From Methanobacteriota archaeon (GTDB taxonomy: Archaea; Thermoplasmatota; Thermoplasmata; SG8-5; JAGLSY01), in assembly GCA_020696385.1 (NCBI GenBank), contig JAEHCQ010000001.1, positions 256,001 through 320,000 on the forward strand: a DNA stretch of 64,000 bases. The letters run 5' to 3'. The notes beneath the pieces were generated by a model. The model worked only from the letters and a program-made list of their open reading frames with translations. It did not search any database and was not told where the DNA came from. Position numbers and translations under genes: made by a program. Every line of letters begins with the position of its first letter. Position 1 is the first letter of the stretch. Below, piece after piece: positions 50,342 to 60,942 of this stretch.

Positions 50342-52276
50342 CTACTCCTTCACGGTGTAGGCCAGTAGTCCACCCTCGCATAGGATCTCCTTCTGTCTGT
50401 CCGATAAACTGTAGACCAATTCCAGTTCAATTCCCTTGGTCTTATTGACAAGGATAACTGGCTCACTGGCCATGATCTTCTGCTTGATACCAGGCATCTC
50501 GATCTCATCGCCCTGATCGACCTTGTCATAATCAGCCTCATTCTTGAAGGCCAGTGACACTATCCCGAAGTTCACAAGATTAGCCGCATGGATCCTCTCG
50601 ACGGATTTCGCGATAACGGCTTTCACACCAAGATACATGGGGCAAAGTGCCGCGTGCTCTCGTGAACTACCCTGGCCGTATGATTTCCCGGCCATGATGA
50701 TATTGTGTCTGCCTTTCTGCTTGTTCTCCATCGATCGTGTTGGGAAAGTGGTGTCCACTGGCTCGAAAACATATTCAGAATATTTTGGAACATTGGATCG
50801 ATACTTCAACCTGGCTCCTGCTGGCATGATATGGTCGGTGGTTATATTGTCCCCGACCTTGAGCATGATGTCTCCGATGATATCATCGGACATCCGATCA
50901 TTGCTTGGAGGGTTACCGATATTCGGACCCCTGTACACCTCGACATTGGATGGAGCATCCTGTGGGAATATGAACATGGAATCATCGATCAGGAAATTAT
51001 CTGGCATGTCCACATTCGGGAAATCAAGACCTGCAGTTCGGGGGTCTGTGAAAGTACCAGCTACTGCGGAAACAGCCGCGACCTCGGGGCTTATCAGATA
51101 AACCTGCGCGCTCTTTGTCCCGCTCCTTCCCTCGAAATTCCTATTATTCGTCCTGAGGGATATGGCATCGGTCTTCGGGCTCTGGTGATTTCCAATGCAA
51201 AAGCCGCATGCGGATTCCAATACCCTGGCACCACTGTCAATAAGGTCTGCCAGATATCCTTCCTTGGCGATCATCTGAAGCACCTGTCTTGAACCAGGGG
51301 CTATTCCGAATGATGTGTCTGGATGGGCTCGCTTGCCCTTCATTATCTTGGCAACCGTCACCATGTCCTTGTAGGATGAATTGGTGCATGAGCCAACGAG
51401 AACCTGATCCACTTTGGTGCCTGCCATCTCACTCACCTTGATGACCTTTCCCGGGCTATGAGGAGCGGCGGCCATTGGCTCGATCGTGCTTAGATCGAGA
51501 TCGATGACCTTGTCGTATTCCGCGTCATCGTCTGCGGCCATCGCTGTCCAGTCGCCTTCACGACCCTGTGCTCGAAGAAACTTGCGAGTTTCTTCATCTG
51601 AAGGGAATAAAGAAGTGGTGACTCCCATTTCGGCTCCCATATTCGTGATGGTAGCTCTCTCGGGAACTGATAAGGTGGCAACTCCAGGGCCAGCATATTC
51701 CATTATCACACCAACATTGCCCTTGACACTGAATATCTCCAGCATTTTCAGAACTACGTCCTTCGCGCTGACCCAGTCTGAAAGCTTGCCCACCAGGTTT
51801 ATCTTGTACACCCTGGGGCATGTGATGTAAAATGGTCCACCACCCATGGCGACTGCGACATCCAAACCGCCAGCACCGATGGAGATCATACCAATTCCAC
51901 CGCCTGTTGGAGTGTGGCTGTCCGAGCCAGTCATGGTCTTGCCTGGCTTTCCAAATCTCTCAAGGTGTACCTGGTGGCAAATTCCATTGCCAGCCTTTGA
52001 ATACACGATTCCGAACTTGGCGGCTACGGATTGCAGATATTTATGATCATCCGCATTCTCGAAACCTACCTGGACCGTGTTATGATCGACATAACTTACC
52101 GAAAGCTCGGTCTTGACCTTGTCAAGGCCCATTGCCTCGAATTGCAGATAAGCCATGGTACCTGTCGCGTCCTGGGTCAATGTCTGATCGATCTTGATGC
52201 CGATCTCGTTCCCAGGCACATATTCGCCCACTACCAAATGTTCCTCTAAAATCTTACGTGTCAAACTTCTACCCAT
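50342..52276 (-). CDS. acn: Aconitate hydratase (single-chain, ~645 aa)
   Basis: TQDATGT, DHN, GICHQVH, DSHT, GSCTNSS, ACGFCIG, NRNFEGR, TTDHI, GSSREHA. Confidence 0.92.
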   Translation of the reverse strand: MGRSLTRKILEEHLVVGEYVPGNEIGIKIDQTLTQDATGTMAYLQFEAMGLDKVKTELSVSYVDHNTVQVGFENADDHKYLQSVAAKFGIVYSKAGNGICHQVHLERFGKPGKTMTGSDSHTPTGGGIGMISIGAGGLDVAVAMGGGPFYITCPRVYKINLVGKLSDWVSAKDVVLKMLEIFSVKGNVGVIMEYAGPGVATLSVPERATITNMGAEMGVTTSLFPSDEETRKFLRAQGREGDWTAMAADDDAEYDKVIDLDLSTIEPMAAAPHSPGKVIKVSEMAGTKVDQVLVGSCTNSSYKDMVTVAKIMKGKRAHPDTSFGIAPGSRQVLQMIAKEGYLADLIDSGARVLESACGFCIGNHQSPKTDAISLRTNNRNFEGRSGTKSAQVYLISPEVAAVSAVAGTFTDPRTAGLDFPNVDMPDNFLIDDSMFIFPQDAPSNVEVYRGPNIGNPPSNDRMSDDIIGDIMLKVGDNITTDHIMPAGARLKYRSNVPKYSEYVFEPVDTTFPTRSMENKQKGRHNIIMAGKSYGQGSSREHAALCPMYLGVKAVIAKSVERIHAANLVNFGIVSLAFKNEADYDKVDQGDEIEMPGIKQKIMASEPVILVNKTKGIELELVYSLSDRQKEILCEGGLLAYTVKE

Positions 52277-52447
52277 GATAATCAATCCTCTGTCTATTCG
52301 ATACTATTTTCAAACCCCCCTTTAACTGTTAATTAAAGGTTATCTATGCTAAGATATCACTGGGTAAAGTAAAAGAGGTTATTAAGAGTTTTTATTAAAC
52401 TCTTAATAATCTATAACTTTCTAAGAAAAATATTTAAAATGAAAGGT

Positions 52448-52474
52448 CGGAGGCCGAAATCACAACGGCCTCCG
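52448..52474 (-). terminator. Hairpin downstream of the 52485 gene
   Basis: CGGAGGCCG/CGGCCTCCG. Confidence 0.6.
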
Positions 52475-52484
52475 TTTATCTGTT

Positions 52485-53834
52485 TCATAGATCGCTGACA
52501 AAGGCCCCGGACATAGCGGCATCGTCTTTGAATTCGTCTGTCCAGTCATATCTGGAATCATACTCCTTCTTGTGATGCTTGTCAAAGTTCGAAAGGAAGC
52601 GGTTCTGATGCTTCTTCCAAATCTCTGGGCTGGTCAATCTCGTTGTGGCCATCTGATTGGATATGTCATACGATGTCACACTGTCCATGTCCTCGAAGGC
52701 CATCTTGGCGAAATTCTGGACAGCCTTCCTTGATTCTGCCAATACGGATACCAATAGGTCATCCTCCCCAAGAGTGTATGATACATAGGTAAGGTAAACA
52801 TTGTCTGGATACGCATATCCCGTGATCTTGGAGCGAATTGCTTGGTAATGCTTTGGAAGAACCCGTAAAGTTATGAGGAACCTGAACAGGCCTTCAGGAT
52901 GTTGTTTGGGCATCAGAAAATACGTTGGTTCGAGCATGGGTATGGTCCTTGTTTTGCTGACCGAGCTCATGTTCTGCATATTGTCCACAACGAAGTTCTT
53001 GAGATCTTCGAAATTGTTCACTTCAAAGATCACTGATGAATAATTCTTCTTCTCTGGCCTTGAAGCATAGAGCGGTTTGATATGCTCTGTTTCGAACTTG
53101 GGAACATCTGTCTTTATCTCATCCCATAATTTGGTCATTCCAGTCTTGCCAAACATCCTCACTATGACCGTGAAGGAATCTTTCTCGCTGGCATATTTTT
53201 TGAAGAGATCTGGGTTCTTTAAGGATCCGCCCTCTCCCGCAGGAGCTGAATAAATGAACCTGTCCGTATGGGCATTCATCTCGTTCTGAGGGAGCATAGG
53301 CAACCTTCGAACTATCTTCGAGATATCCATAGCATTGACTCCTTTGATGGAATTTATCTTATCATTAGCAAACTTATTTGCAGCTTCCCTGTCCTTTGCG
53401 AACATTGAAACAATAATGTCATCGTCCCCAAATGAATAGGAAACATAATTGACGAAGGCATTGCCATCTGTCTTGGTTGCCGCGATATTATCATATACTG
53501 ATTTGTAATTTTCAGGGTCCACCCTCAGAACGGCTATGTATCGATCCATATCTTCTGGATGTCCCTCTGGAAGTGGGAAATATATCGGGCTCATAATTGG
53601 GATGGTACGGGTCTGGCTAACTGAAGCCATGGCCATAACGTCCTTCAGGAAAACATTCTCCACAGCCTCGAACTTCTTCACATCCAGAAGTATGCTGACA
53701 TATCTCTTGCCTTCCTGACGAAGAGCATACAGGGGCTTTACATCGTCCCAATATAGATTTCTCTTCTCGCTCTCAAACACATTACAGAAATTACTCAATC
53801 CACCTTTTGGAAATAATCTAACTAACACTAACAT
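52485..53834 (-). CDS. Protein of tandem Lrp/AsnC ligand-binding-like (RAM/ferredoxin-like) repeats, no HTH
   Basis: Internal duplication (SVSQTRTIPIMSPIYF / SVSKTRTIPMLEPTYF; YVSYSFGDDD / YVSYTLGEDD). Confidence 0.6.
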   Translation of the reverse strand: MLVLVRLFPKGGLSNFCNVFESEKRNLYWDDVKPLYALRQEGKRYVSILLDVKKFEAVENVFLKDVMAMASVSQTRTIPIMSPIYFPLPEGHPEDMDRYIAVLRVDPENYKSVYDNIAATKTDGNAFVNYVSYSFGDDDIIVSMFAKDREAANKFANDKINSIKGVNAMDISKIVRRLPMLPQNEMNAHTDRFIYSAPAGEGGSLKNPDLFKKYASEKDSFTVIVRMFGKTGMTKLWDEIKTDVPKFETEHIKPLYASRPEKKNYSSVIFEVNNFEDLKNFVVDNMQNMSSVSKTRTIPMLEPTYFLMPKQHPEGLFRFLITLRVLPKHYQAIRSKITGYAYPDNVYLTYVSYTLGEDDLLVSVLAESRKAVQNFAKMAFEDMDSVTSYDISNQMATTRLTSPEIWKKHQNRFLSNFDKHHKKEYDSRYDWTDEFKDDAAMSGAFVSDL

Positions 53835-53960
53835 ATCATAATCCTCCCTTATTGACTATGTATATCACAATGGCATTTGTACTATATATATATTCTCATT
53901 TTTGATATATTGTAAATTAATAATTGTTATTTTTTCGCATCCTATAGAAGATATACTGGC

Positions 53961-53974
53961 ATTGCGTAAATTAT
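53961..53974. promoter_or_regulatory. Candidate operator ATTGCGTAAATTAT (copy 1)
   Basis: Identical 14-mer at 59421-59434; both preceded by TTCGCAT. Confidence 0.45.
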
Positions 53975-54027
53975 GGGAGATGATGATGAAGAAGACCCTC
54001 GTCCAAAGGGCAAGGGTCTCATACACC

Positions 54028-54897
54028 TTAACCTTCCAATATCCTCTTGGCCGTGACGCCCACATCTGCCGGTGAATCCGCAACCGCGACACCCGCGGCC
54101 CTGAGAGCTTCCTTCTTTTCTGCTGCGGTTCCTTTTCCTCCAGCGATGATGGCACCTGCATGACCCATTCTCTTACCCTTTGGGGCTGTGGATCCGGCTA
54201 TAAATGCGACCACTGGCTTCGTCATGTGGTTCTTGATATATTCAGCTGCAATTTCCTCGTCAGTTCCACCGATCTCACCGATGAGCGCGACCATGTCGGT
54301 GTCTGGGTCATTATTGAACATCTCGAGAGCGTCCCTGTGTGAGGTTCCTATTACGGGATCTCCTCCGATACCGATGCAAGTGCTCTGGCCGATGCCAACT
54401 GCCGTAAGCTGAGCCGCGACCTCGTATGTGAGAGTTCCAGATCGGGATATGACACCGCATTTGCCAGGCATGAAGATACTAACTGGCAAAATACCCATCT
54501 TGCCAACACCTGGTGTGATGATACCAGGGCAATTAGGGCCTATAAGATTTGTCTTGCTGTTCTTCAGCTTGTTCTTGACCTTGACCATGTCCAATGTTGG
54601 AATTCCTTCGGTTATCAGAACCACCAGTTCGAGCTCCGCGTCTATGGCCTCCATGACCGCATCGGCCGCGAAGGGCGATGGAACGAATATGATGGAAGCA
54701 TTGGCGCCAGTCGCGGCTTTTGCATCCGCAACTGTATTGAAACATGGTATTCCCAGAACATCCTGGCCTGCTTTTCCTGGTCTAATGCCAGCGACTACCT
54801 TTGTTCCGCACTCCAGCATCTTCTCCGCATGGAACTGGCCTTCCTTGCCAAGTCCCTGAACCATTACTTTCGTGTGCTCTTTGAGTAATATTGCCAT
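54028..54897 (-). CDS. sucD: Succinyl-CoA synthetase alpha subunit
   Basis: [30 protein letters not shown]. Confidence 0.96.
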   Translation of the reverse strand: MAILLKEHTKVMVQGLGKEGQFHAEKMLECGTKVVAGIRPGKAGQDVLGIPCFNTVADAKAATGANASIIFVPSPFAADAVMEAIDAELELVVLITEGIPTLDMVKVKNKLKNSKTNLIGPNCPGIITPGVGKMGILPVSIFMPGKCGVISRSGTLTYEVAAQLTAVGIGQSTCIGIGGDPVIGTSHRDALEMFNNDPDTDMVALIGEIGGTDEEIAAEYIKNHMTKPVVAFIAGSTAPKGKRMGHAGAIIAGGKGTAAEKKEALRAAGVAVADSPADVGVTAKRILEG

Positions 54898-54898
54898 A

Positions 54899-56074
54899 TC
54901 ACGCACCTCCTATGCCTTCTGCAAGATCTGCAGCTTTCTTGGCCGCATCCGCAAAGCCCTGGGCTGTGTGGAAGTTCAATCCTGAATTGTTGATTATTTC
55001 CAGGCCCTCTTTGGCATTGGTCCCTTCCAATCTGACAACTATCGGAACTTCAACATTTCCGATATTTCTAATAGCTTCCACAACTCCATTGGCCACCTTG
55101 TCACATCGGACAATTCCACCAAAGATATTGATCAACACGCACTTGACATCCTTGTCGCTCATGAGAATGCGAAAAGCATTCTCCACTCCCTCGGCAGAGG
55201 CGGATCCTCCGACATCGAGGAAATTGGCTGGCTCGCTGCCACACTGCTTGATAAGATCCATGGTGGCCATTGCCAATCCCGCTCCATTCACCATGCAACC
55301 GACCTTGCCATCCAGCTTGATATAATTGAGATCGAACTTGGAAGCCTCGACCTCCAATGGATCTTCCTCACTGATATCACGGAGTTCCACATGGTGCTTT
55401 TGCCTGAATGCGGCATTGTCATCAAAGTTAACTTTCGCATCCAGTGCCATGGCTTCTCCTTCCTTTGTAACGATCATTGGATTGATCTCCGCCATGGAAG
55501 CATCCTCTTCGACGAACATCCTGTAAAGGTTCTGGAGCATCTTCACACCGCCCTTGAAGGCAGTTCCTTCAAGGCCCAATTTGAAGCAAACTTCCCTTGC
55601 CTGGAAAGGCATGAGACCAACAGCTGGATCGATCCAGATCTTGATAATCTTCTCTGGAGTTTCAGCAGCGACCTTTTCAATCTCCACGCCGCCCTCGGTG
55701 GAAGCGATTATCGCAACTCGTGATGTTTCACGATCCATCACGAATCCCAGGTACATCTCGCGGTCGATATTGGCTGCTTTTTCTACAAGAAGACGCTGGA
55801 CCAATTTTCCTTCTGGCCCGGTCTGATGGGTGATCAATGTCATGCCCATTATGTCCTTGGCAGCCTGTTCAGCCTCCTCCACGGTTGGAGTGAACTTCAC
55901 GCCCCCGCCCTTACCCCTGCCGCCGGCATGGATCTGAGCTTTGACAACAACTGGTCCGCCTTTCTCTTCGAAAAATCTTCTTACATCGCCCACTTCTGTG
56001 ACCATTTGTCCTTCTGGTACGGGTATTCCGTACTTGGCAAATATCTCCTTGGCCTGATATTCATGGATCTTCAT
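54899..56074 (-). CDS. sucC: Succinyl-CoA synthetase beta subunit
   Basis: [45 protein letters not shown]. Confidence 0.96.
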   Translation of the reverse strand: MKIHEYQAKEIFAKYGIPVPEGQMVTEVGDVRRFFEEKGGPVVVKAQIHAGGRGKGGGVKFTPTVEEAEQAAKDIMGMTLITHQTGPEGKLVQRLLVEKAANIDREMYLGFVMDRETSRVAIIASTEGGVEIEKVAAETPEKIIKIWIDPAVGLMPFQAREVCFKLGLEGTAFKGGVKMLQNLYRMFVEEDASMAEINPMIVTKEGEAMALDAKVNFDDNAAFRQKHHVELRDISEEDPLEVEASKFDLNYIKLDGKVGCMVNGAGLAMATMDLIKQCGSEPANFLDVGGSASAEGVENAFRILMSDKDVKCVLINIFGGIVRCDKVANGVVEAIRNIGNVEVPIVVRLEGTNAKEGLEIINNSGLNFHTAQGFADAAKKAADLAEGIGGA

Positions 56075-56153
56075 TTTATCACCGTCAAACACAGACTAAA
56101 TAGTCCGCATGTACATTTGCAAGGGTAGTGAAAAGTCACTAATAAAGGTTTAT

Positions 56154-56216
56154 GAGTTCATAGAGTTAGGGAGTTCGTGGAGTTAACTCTACAAACTCCA
56201 AAAACTCTACAAACTC
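56154..56216 (-). repeat. Periodic inverted repeat (4x GAGTT / 4x AACTC, ~9-nt period)
   Basis: GAGTT at 56154/56163/56171/56180; AACTC at 56185/56194/56203/56212. Confidence 0.75.
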
Positions 56217-56813
56217 TTAGACACCCAGCGTTTCCTTGAATATCTTCTCCATCTGCGCTTTTGTCTTGGCATTGACCACGTCGTATATCGAATCACCATG
56301 CGCGTCCATGGACACGACCAGTGGACCGAATTCCTTGGCCTCGAAGACCCAGACGGCCTCAGGCATGCCCAGTTTATCAAGATAATAAACTGTCTTCACC
56401 TTTCCAAGACCTTTAGCGGCAAGAGCTCCGGCTCCTCCAGTGAATGAAACGTATGCGACATTGTGCTTCTTGAGTGCGGCCAGTGTGAGCGGTCCCATGC
56501 CGCCCTTGCCTATTATCAGCTTCACCGGGAACATGTCCAGGAACTTGGGCTCCAGGGTTTCCATCCTGTAGCTGGTCGTTGGTCCAGCGGATACAACTTG
56601 CCACTCATCGCCTTCCTTTTTCATCACAGGTCCTGCATGATAAAGCCCAAGGCCAGTCATGTCAAAACCCTCGACACCGCCGTCCTCCATCAGTTCCATG
56701 TGAGCCTCGTCACGAGCGGTGAAAACAGTACCGCTCAGGTAAACGACATCATTGACTTTCAACTTGGCAATTGTCTCTTCATCAACTGGTGTGGTTAATC
56801 TGTATTCGGTCAT
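56217..56813 (-). CDS. Class I Fe-S fumarate hydratase beta subunit (FumA C-terminal/TtdB family)
   Basis: TARDEAH, YHAGP, AGPTTSYRM, GKGGM, GMPEA. Confidence 0.9.
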   Translation of the reverse strand: MTEYRLTTPVDEETIAKLKVNDVVYLSGTVFTARDEAHMELMEDGGVEGFDMTGLGLYHAGPVMKKEGDEWQVVSAGPTTSYRMETLEPKFLDMFPVKLIIGKGGMGPLTLAALKKHNVAYVSFTGGAGALAAKGLGKVKTVYYLDKLGMPEAVWVFEAKEFGPLVVSMDAHGDSIYDVVNAKTKAQMEKIFKETLGV

Positions 56814-57674
56814 TTATACCACCTCGCCATTCTTGTCAATTTTAATGCTCTGGCGTCTGTCGCACCAACACTGAACCACCATCCCGACCGGGAAAGTTGC
56901 CGGATGCCTATTTGTATATTCGATCTGAACCGCGAGAGATGTCGTATCTCCGCCCATTCCCATCGCTCCCACACCAAGTGAATTTATCATATCGAGAAGT
57001 TCCTTCTCCATTGCCGCGATCTCGGGCATTGGATTTGGCTCATCCAGTGGTCGGAGAAGTGCCTTTTTTGCCAGCTTGATCGCGATGTCCGCCCCTCCGC
57101 CAATTCCGATACCGATGACTGTTGGCGGACATGGTTTGCCACCCGCAAATTGAACCTGCTCGATTATCTTCTGTTTCATGACCTTGAAACCCTGCGCCGG
57201 TGTCAGCATCCAGAGCTTGGACATGTTCTCGCTTCCACCGCCTTTTGGGAAGACATAGACAGTTGCTCCATCGCCTTCCACCATGTCGATGGTCATAGCG
57301 GGCATATTGAACCCCAAATTGTTCTTGGGATTAGTGCCATCAAATGGATTCACCGTGTTCGGCCTCAATGGAACATCCATCGTGGCCTTCGCTATGGCCT
57401 TTGGAACGAGCTTTACCAGTTCCTTCAGGTATGGGAAATCATAGCCAGCTTTTATGAAGAATATCTGCACACCAGTATCCTGGCACATGGGAGCTTGTCC
57501 ATCGTGGGCCAGTTGGATATTTGTCAGTATGGCTTCTAATTGATTTTTAGCTGTTTCGTTCGTCTCTTTCGCATGCGCTTCCTTGATCTTCTCGTGCACA
57601 TCTGGCGGAAGCTCGATCACTCCATCCCTCATGCCCTTAACCAGAGCCTTCAATACTTTTTCTTCATCAAACAT
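56814..57674 (-). CDS. Class I Fe-S fumarate hydratase alpha subunit (TtdA family)
   Basis: PMCQDTG, PLRPN, KGGGSEN, PCPP, HPA..PV, CWCDR. Confidence 0.9.
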   Translation of the reverse strand: MFDEEKVLKALVKGMRDGVIELPPDVHEKIKEAHAKETNETAKNQLEAILTNIQLAHDGQAPMCQDTGVQIFFIKAGYDFPYLKELVKLVPKAIAKATMDVPLRPNTVNPFDGTNPKNNLGFNMPAMTIDMVEGDGATVYVFPKGGGSENMSKLWMLTPAQGFKVMKQKIIEQVQFAGGKPCPPTVIGIGIGGGADIAIKLAKKALLRPLDEPNPMPEIAAMEKELLDMINSLGVGAMGMGGDTTSLAVQIEYTNRHPATFPVGMVVQCWCDRRQSIKIDKNGEVV

Positions 57675-58933
57675 TATGCATCACCTTTTACAAGTGGTAT
57701 AGTAAGGCTACCGGCTGGCATTATCACGAGATTAGGTTCCCTGCCCTTGCCTTTCATCTCCACGATCGCGGCTTCCAGTGCTTCCTGCACAGTTCCGAAA
57801 GGCTTCAGATGTGCCTTTCGCATCATCTCATCTGGCAGATCGGTAACCCCGTAAATACTGGCCCAGGTTCCTATCTGAGCCATCTTCGCCGCCTTGTGGT
57901 ATCCTAACTTGTACTCGCCCTCCAGCTTCTTCATTATTTCCTGTGGAGTGGCGGCACTTCCAAGCAGGTCGAGGAAGGCTTCTTCTCCCACTCCCATCCT
58001 GCACTTGGAGACAATGATGGTAACGCCGCCATCCTTCAATGCCAATTTACTGTTATCCAGTGCTTTCTGGCTCTGATAAAGATCGATGTCCATCGGATAC
58101 GGAGCTACGGAAATGACGATATCTGCTTTTTCAGCCAGTGGCACGCAGAACACTTCGTTCGCGCGCTCGATAGCCGCGTCGAAGCTCTGGAAAAGATCTC
58201 CAGCAGTAACTGCGTAAATACTGTGGTCGCCAGTCAGTACAGTCTGAATGGAAAACACATTGATATCCTTCAGCACGTTCATCGCATCTATCATGTCCTC
58301 ATGAACTGGATTTCCCTCAAGAGCCAGTGAGCGAGCGGAATCACTGAGCGCGGCCTTGTGGTTCATCTCGATTGTTTTGTAAGAGGCGACACCCGGAAGG
58401 AATGCTTTCCGACCCCCGGTGTACCCTGCGAAATAATGCGGCTCCACACTTCCAATAACTAGAACATTCTTGATCTCCGGCACGATCTTATTAAGGTACA
58501 TCTCGGTGCCATTTTTGGAAACACCCAGATACACCATATCTTCATCTTTTCGCGCATCGTGCGCGATTATTTTATCTTTAACTTCTTCGTACATGTCCCC
58601 GAATATGAATTGGTATTCCTCGTCAGTAGGTGCGCGGTGTACGCCAGTCGCCACAATGTAAGTGACATCCGCATGCGCGGTCAAGTCCTTCCGAAGAAGT
58701 TCCAACACCTTCTTCGTCGGTGTTGGTCTTGTCGCGTCATTCACGATGACCAGCATTCTCTCGGACTTCTTTGCAAAATCAGAAAAGGTATCCGTTCCTA
58801 TTGGATTCGCAAGCGCGTTATCCAGCACTTTGGCCTCGTCCTGAACATCGACCGAATTCGGCATCAGGATCGTATGCGGTAAATCAAAATCGATCTCAAC
58901 ACTTTCCTTTCCATATGGAATATTGAATTTCAT
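57674..58933 (-). CDS. larA: Nickel-pincer-dependent alpha-hydroxyacid racemase, LarA family
   Basis: NDATRPTP, ATGVHR, EPHYFAGYTGGRK, DLYQSQKA; stop overlaps the fumarase start (TAATG). Confidence 0.88.
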   Translation of the reverse strand: MKFNIPYGKESVEIDFDLPHTILMPNSVDVQDEAKVLDNALANPIGTDTFSDFAKKSERMLVIVNDATRPTPTKKVLELLRKDLTAHADVTYIVATGVHRAPTDEEYQFIFGDMYEEVKDKIIAHDARKDEDMVYLGVSKNGTEMYLNKIVPEIKNVLVIGSVEPHYFAGYTGGRKAFLPGVASYKTIEMNHKAALSDSARSLALEGNPVHEDMIDAMNVLKDINVFSIQTVLTGDHSIYAVTAGDLFQSFDAAIERANEVFCVPLAEKADIVISVAPYPMDIDLYQSQKALDNSKLALKDGGVTIIVSKCRMGVGEEAFLDLLGSAATPQEIMKKLEGEYKLGYHKAAKMAQIGTWASIYGVTDLPDEMMRKAHLKPFGTVQEALEAAIVEMKGKGREPNLVIMPAGSLTIPLVKGDA

Positions 58934-59037
58934 CTTATTTCTCCCTGTGGGAAGGGAGAAAGAGAATGAGATTTATAACCGTATCTGTTAGATTCGAGTA
59001 GGAGGGCTGCGTTATTCAAGCCCCCTATACCAAAACA

Positions 59038-59340
59038 CTATTCCCCAGCAGGTCGCATGATCCTGGTATTCACATTGAGTACAAGCTGGTTCAGATGTTC
59101 CAATCCTTTCTGCCATTCTGGATCTTCGAACAATCGGTCATAGTCCTTGGTTGTCTCGAACTCGATAGTGAAAATAATATGACTCGAATCATCGCACCAG
59201 ACATTTAACTTCGCATCTATTTTCTCGCATATGTCCATCACCATGCAACTGTATTCTTCATCAAAAATATAGTTCATGTATTTCTTACTGGCTTCTTCAT
59301 CTTTGGGAATATCATATTCCATAAACCAAAGTACTGGCAT
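59038..59340 (-). CDS. Small dimeric alpha+beta barrel-like hypothetical protein
   Basis: SD GAGGTGA; EFETTKDYDRLFEDPEWQ pattern. Confidence 0.6.
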   Translation of the reverse strand: MPVLWFMEYDIPKDEEASKKYMNYIFDEEYSCMVMDICEKIDAKLNVWCDDSSHIIFTIEFETTKDYDRLFEDPEWQKGLEHLNQLVLNVNTRIMRPAGE

Positions 59341-59420
59341 CTGTCATCACCTCTTCTGAATTTCAGTATGTTCATTTGTCTTAATAGCCTTAACACAATT
59401 CGCATATATATACATTCATT

Positions 59421-59434
59421 ATTGCGTAAATTAT
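59421..59434. promoter_or_regulatory. Candidate operator ATTGCGTAAATTAT (copy 2)
   Basis: Identical to 53961-53974; lies in the divergent intergenic region. Confidence 0.45.
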
Positions 59435-59505
59435 ATATCATCTTCAGCAATAGGTTTAGGCTATAGTTTAGGGGCTTGGCTCCTATGATTAAGAGGATGA
59501 TGTAA

Positions 59506-60942
59506 ATGTCCGAAGAAATGTTCAAGGAATTGCAGGAGCTTTTAGGAGAGAACTTCACCACCAGCACGGCCGCCAGATATGCTTATTCATCAGATGCCAG
59601 CATATACAGGGCGATGCCCGATGCGGTGGCAAGGCCGATGAATACCGAAGAGGTATCCAAAATTGTGAAACTGGCCAATAAGTACAAGGTGCCGATCACA
59701 CCGCGAGGAGCGGGAACTGGCCTCTGTGGAGCAGCAGTTCCTATCAAGGGTGGCATCACCCTGGACATGCAAGCCATGAACAAAATTAAAAGTATAACAC
59801 CCGAGAATTTATTCTGTATAGTCGAGCCAGGTGTCATTTACGATCACCTGAACAATGAGCTGAAAAGCGCGGGATACCAGTTCCCTGGTTCTCCAGGCAG
59901 TGCGGAAGCCGCGAATATCGGTGGCATGGTGTCACTGAATGCCAGCGGTATGAGAGCCATCAAATACGGCGCGACAAGGGATTATGTTCTCGGCCTGGAA
60001 GTGGTTCTTCCAACCGGAGAGATCATGAGGGTCGGCACGCACACTCTGAAGAACAGCTCCGGCTACCAATTGGAGAAATTATTCGTGGGCTCCGAGGGCA
60101 CACTGGGTATCATTACCGAAGTTACTTTGAAGATCGTCGCTTTACCAAAGGCAGTGGCCGCGGCTTTGGTCAGCTTTGACAAGGTGGAGAAAGCGGGCCA
60201 GGCAATTTCCAATATAATCGCACATCCTATTATTCCAAGTTCCATGGAGATCATGGATAATACCTGTATCACCGCGGCAAACCGCGGGATCGATGCCGGA
60301 TTGCCAGATGTCCCAGCAATTCTGATAATCGAGGTTGATGGTCCCATCGAGGAAGTCGGCCGTGAGATCCGACAGGTCGAAGAGGTCTGTAAAGCAAGTG
60401 GAGCCACCCATATCATCGTATCCGATGATAAAGCCGTTTATGGCCTCTGGCACGAGGCCAGAAAGTCCGTCCTGCCAGCTCTGGGAGGATTCAGCCCGGA
60501 TCTGAAGATCGTATCACTTGCGGATGACATGGGTGTTCCGATCTCCAGGGTGGCTGATGCGGTCATAGGCTTCAAGGAAATATCCGATAGGAACAAGGTC
60601 ATAATTGCCACTTACGGTCATGCCAGTGATGGTAACCTTCACACTAAATTCCTCATCGATCCGAGCAAGGAAGATGACTGGAAAAGGGCGGAAAAGGCCG
60701 TGGAGGAGATCTATGATCTAGTTCTTTCCCTCGATGGGACAGTGACTGGCGAGCACGGTGTGGGAATGGCCAAAGCCCCTTACATGAAGAAGGAAAGGGC
60801 CACCGCGATCAAGACCATGAAGGCCATCAAGGACGCTCTCGATCCGAATAATATCATGAACCCAGGCAAGATGTTCGAATGGGAGAGCGATCACATAATT
60901 ATGAATCTCAGATACCCCGCGGAGGTGAACTTCGATGAGTGA
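59506..60942 (+). CDS. FAD-linked D-2-hydroxyacid dehydrogenase (GlcD/Dld family)
   Basis: PRGAGTGLCG, GSEGTLGIIT, YGHASDGNLH, GEHGVG, DPNNIMNPGK. Confidence 0.9.
   Translation: MSEEMFKELQELLGENFTTSTAARYAYSSDASIYRAMPDAVARPMNTEEVSKIVKLANKYKVPITPRGAGTGLCGAAVPIKGGITLDMQAMNKIKSITPENLFCIVEPGVIYDHLNNELKSAGYQFPGSPGSAEAANIGGMVSLNASGMRAIKYGATRDYVLGLEVVLPTGEIMRVGTHTLKNSSGYQLEKLFVGSEGTLGIITEVTLKIVALPKAVAAALVSFDKVEKAGQAISNIIAHPIIPSSMEIMDNTCITAANRGIDAGLPDVPAILIIEVDGPIEEVGREIRQVEEVCKASGATHIIVSDDKAVYGLWHEARKSVLPALGGFSPDLKIVSLADDMGVPISRVADAVIGFKEISDRNKVIIATYGHASDGNLHTKFLIDPSKEDDWKRAEKAVEEIYDLVLSLDGTVTGEHGVGMAKAPYMKKERATAIKTMKAIKDALDPNNIMNPGKMFEWESDHIIMNLRYPAEVNFDE

Noticed and set aside
56154-56216. CRISPR array
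   Set aside because: Units are 5-9 nt with no unique spacers; no cas genes.
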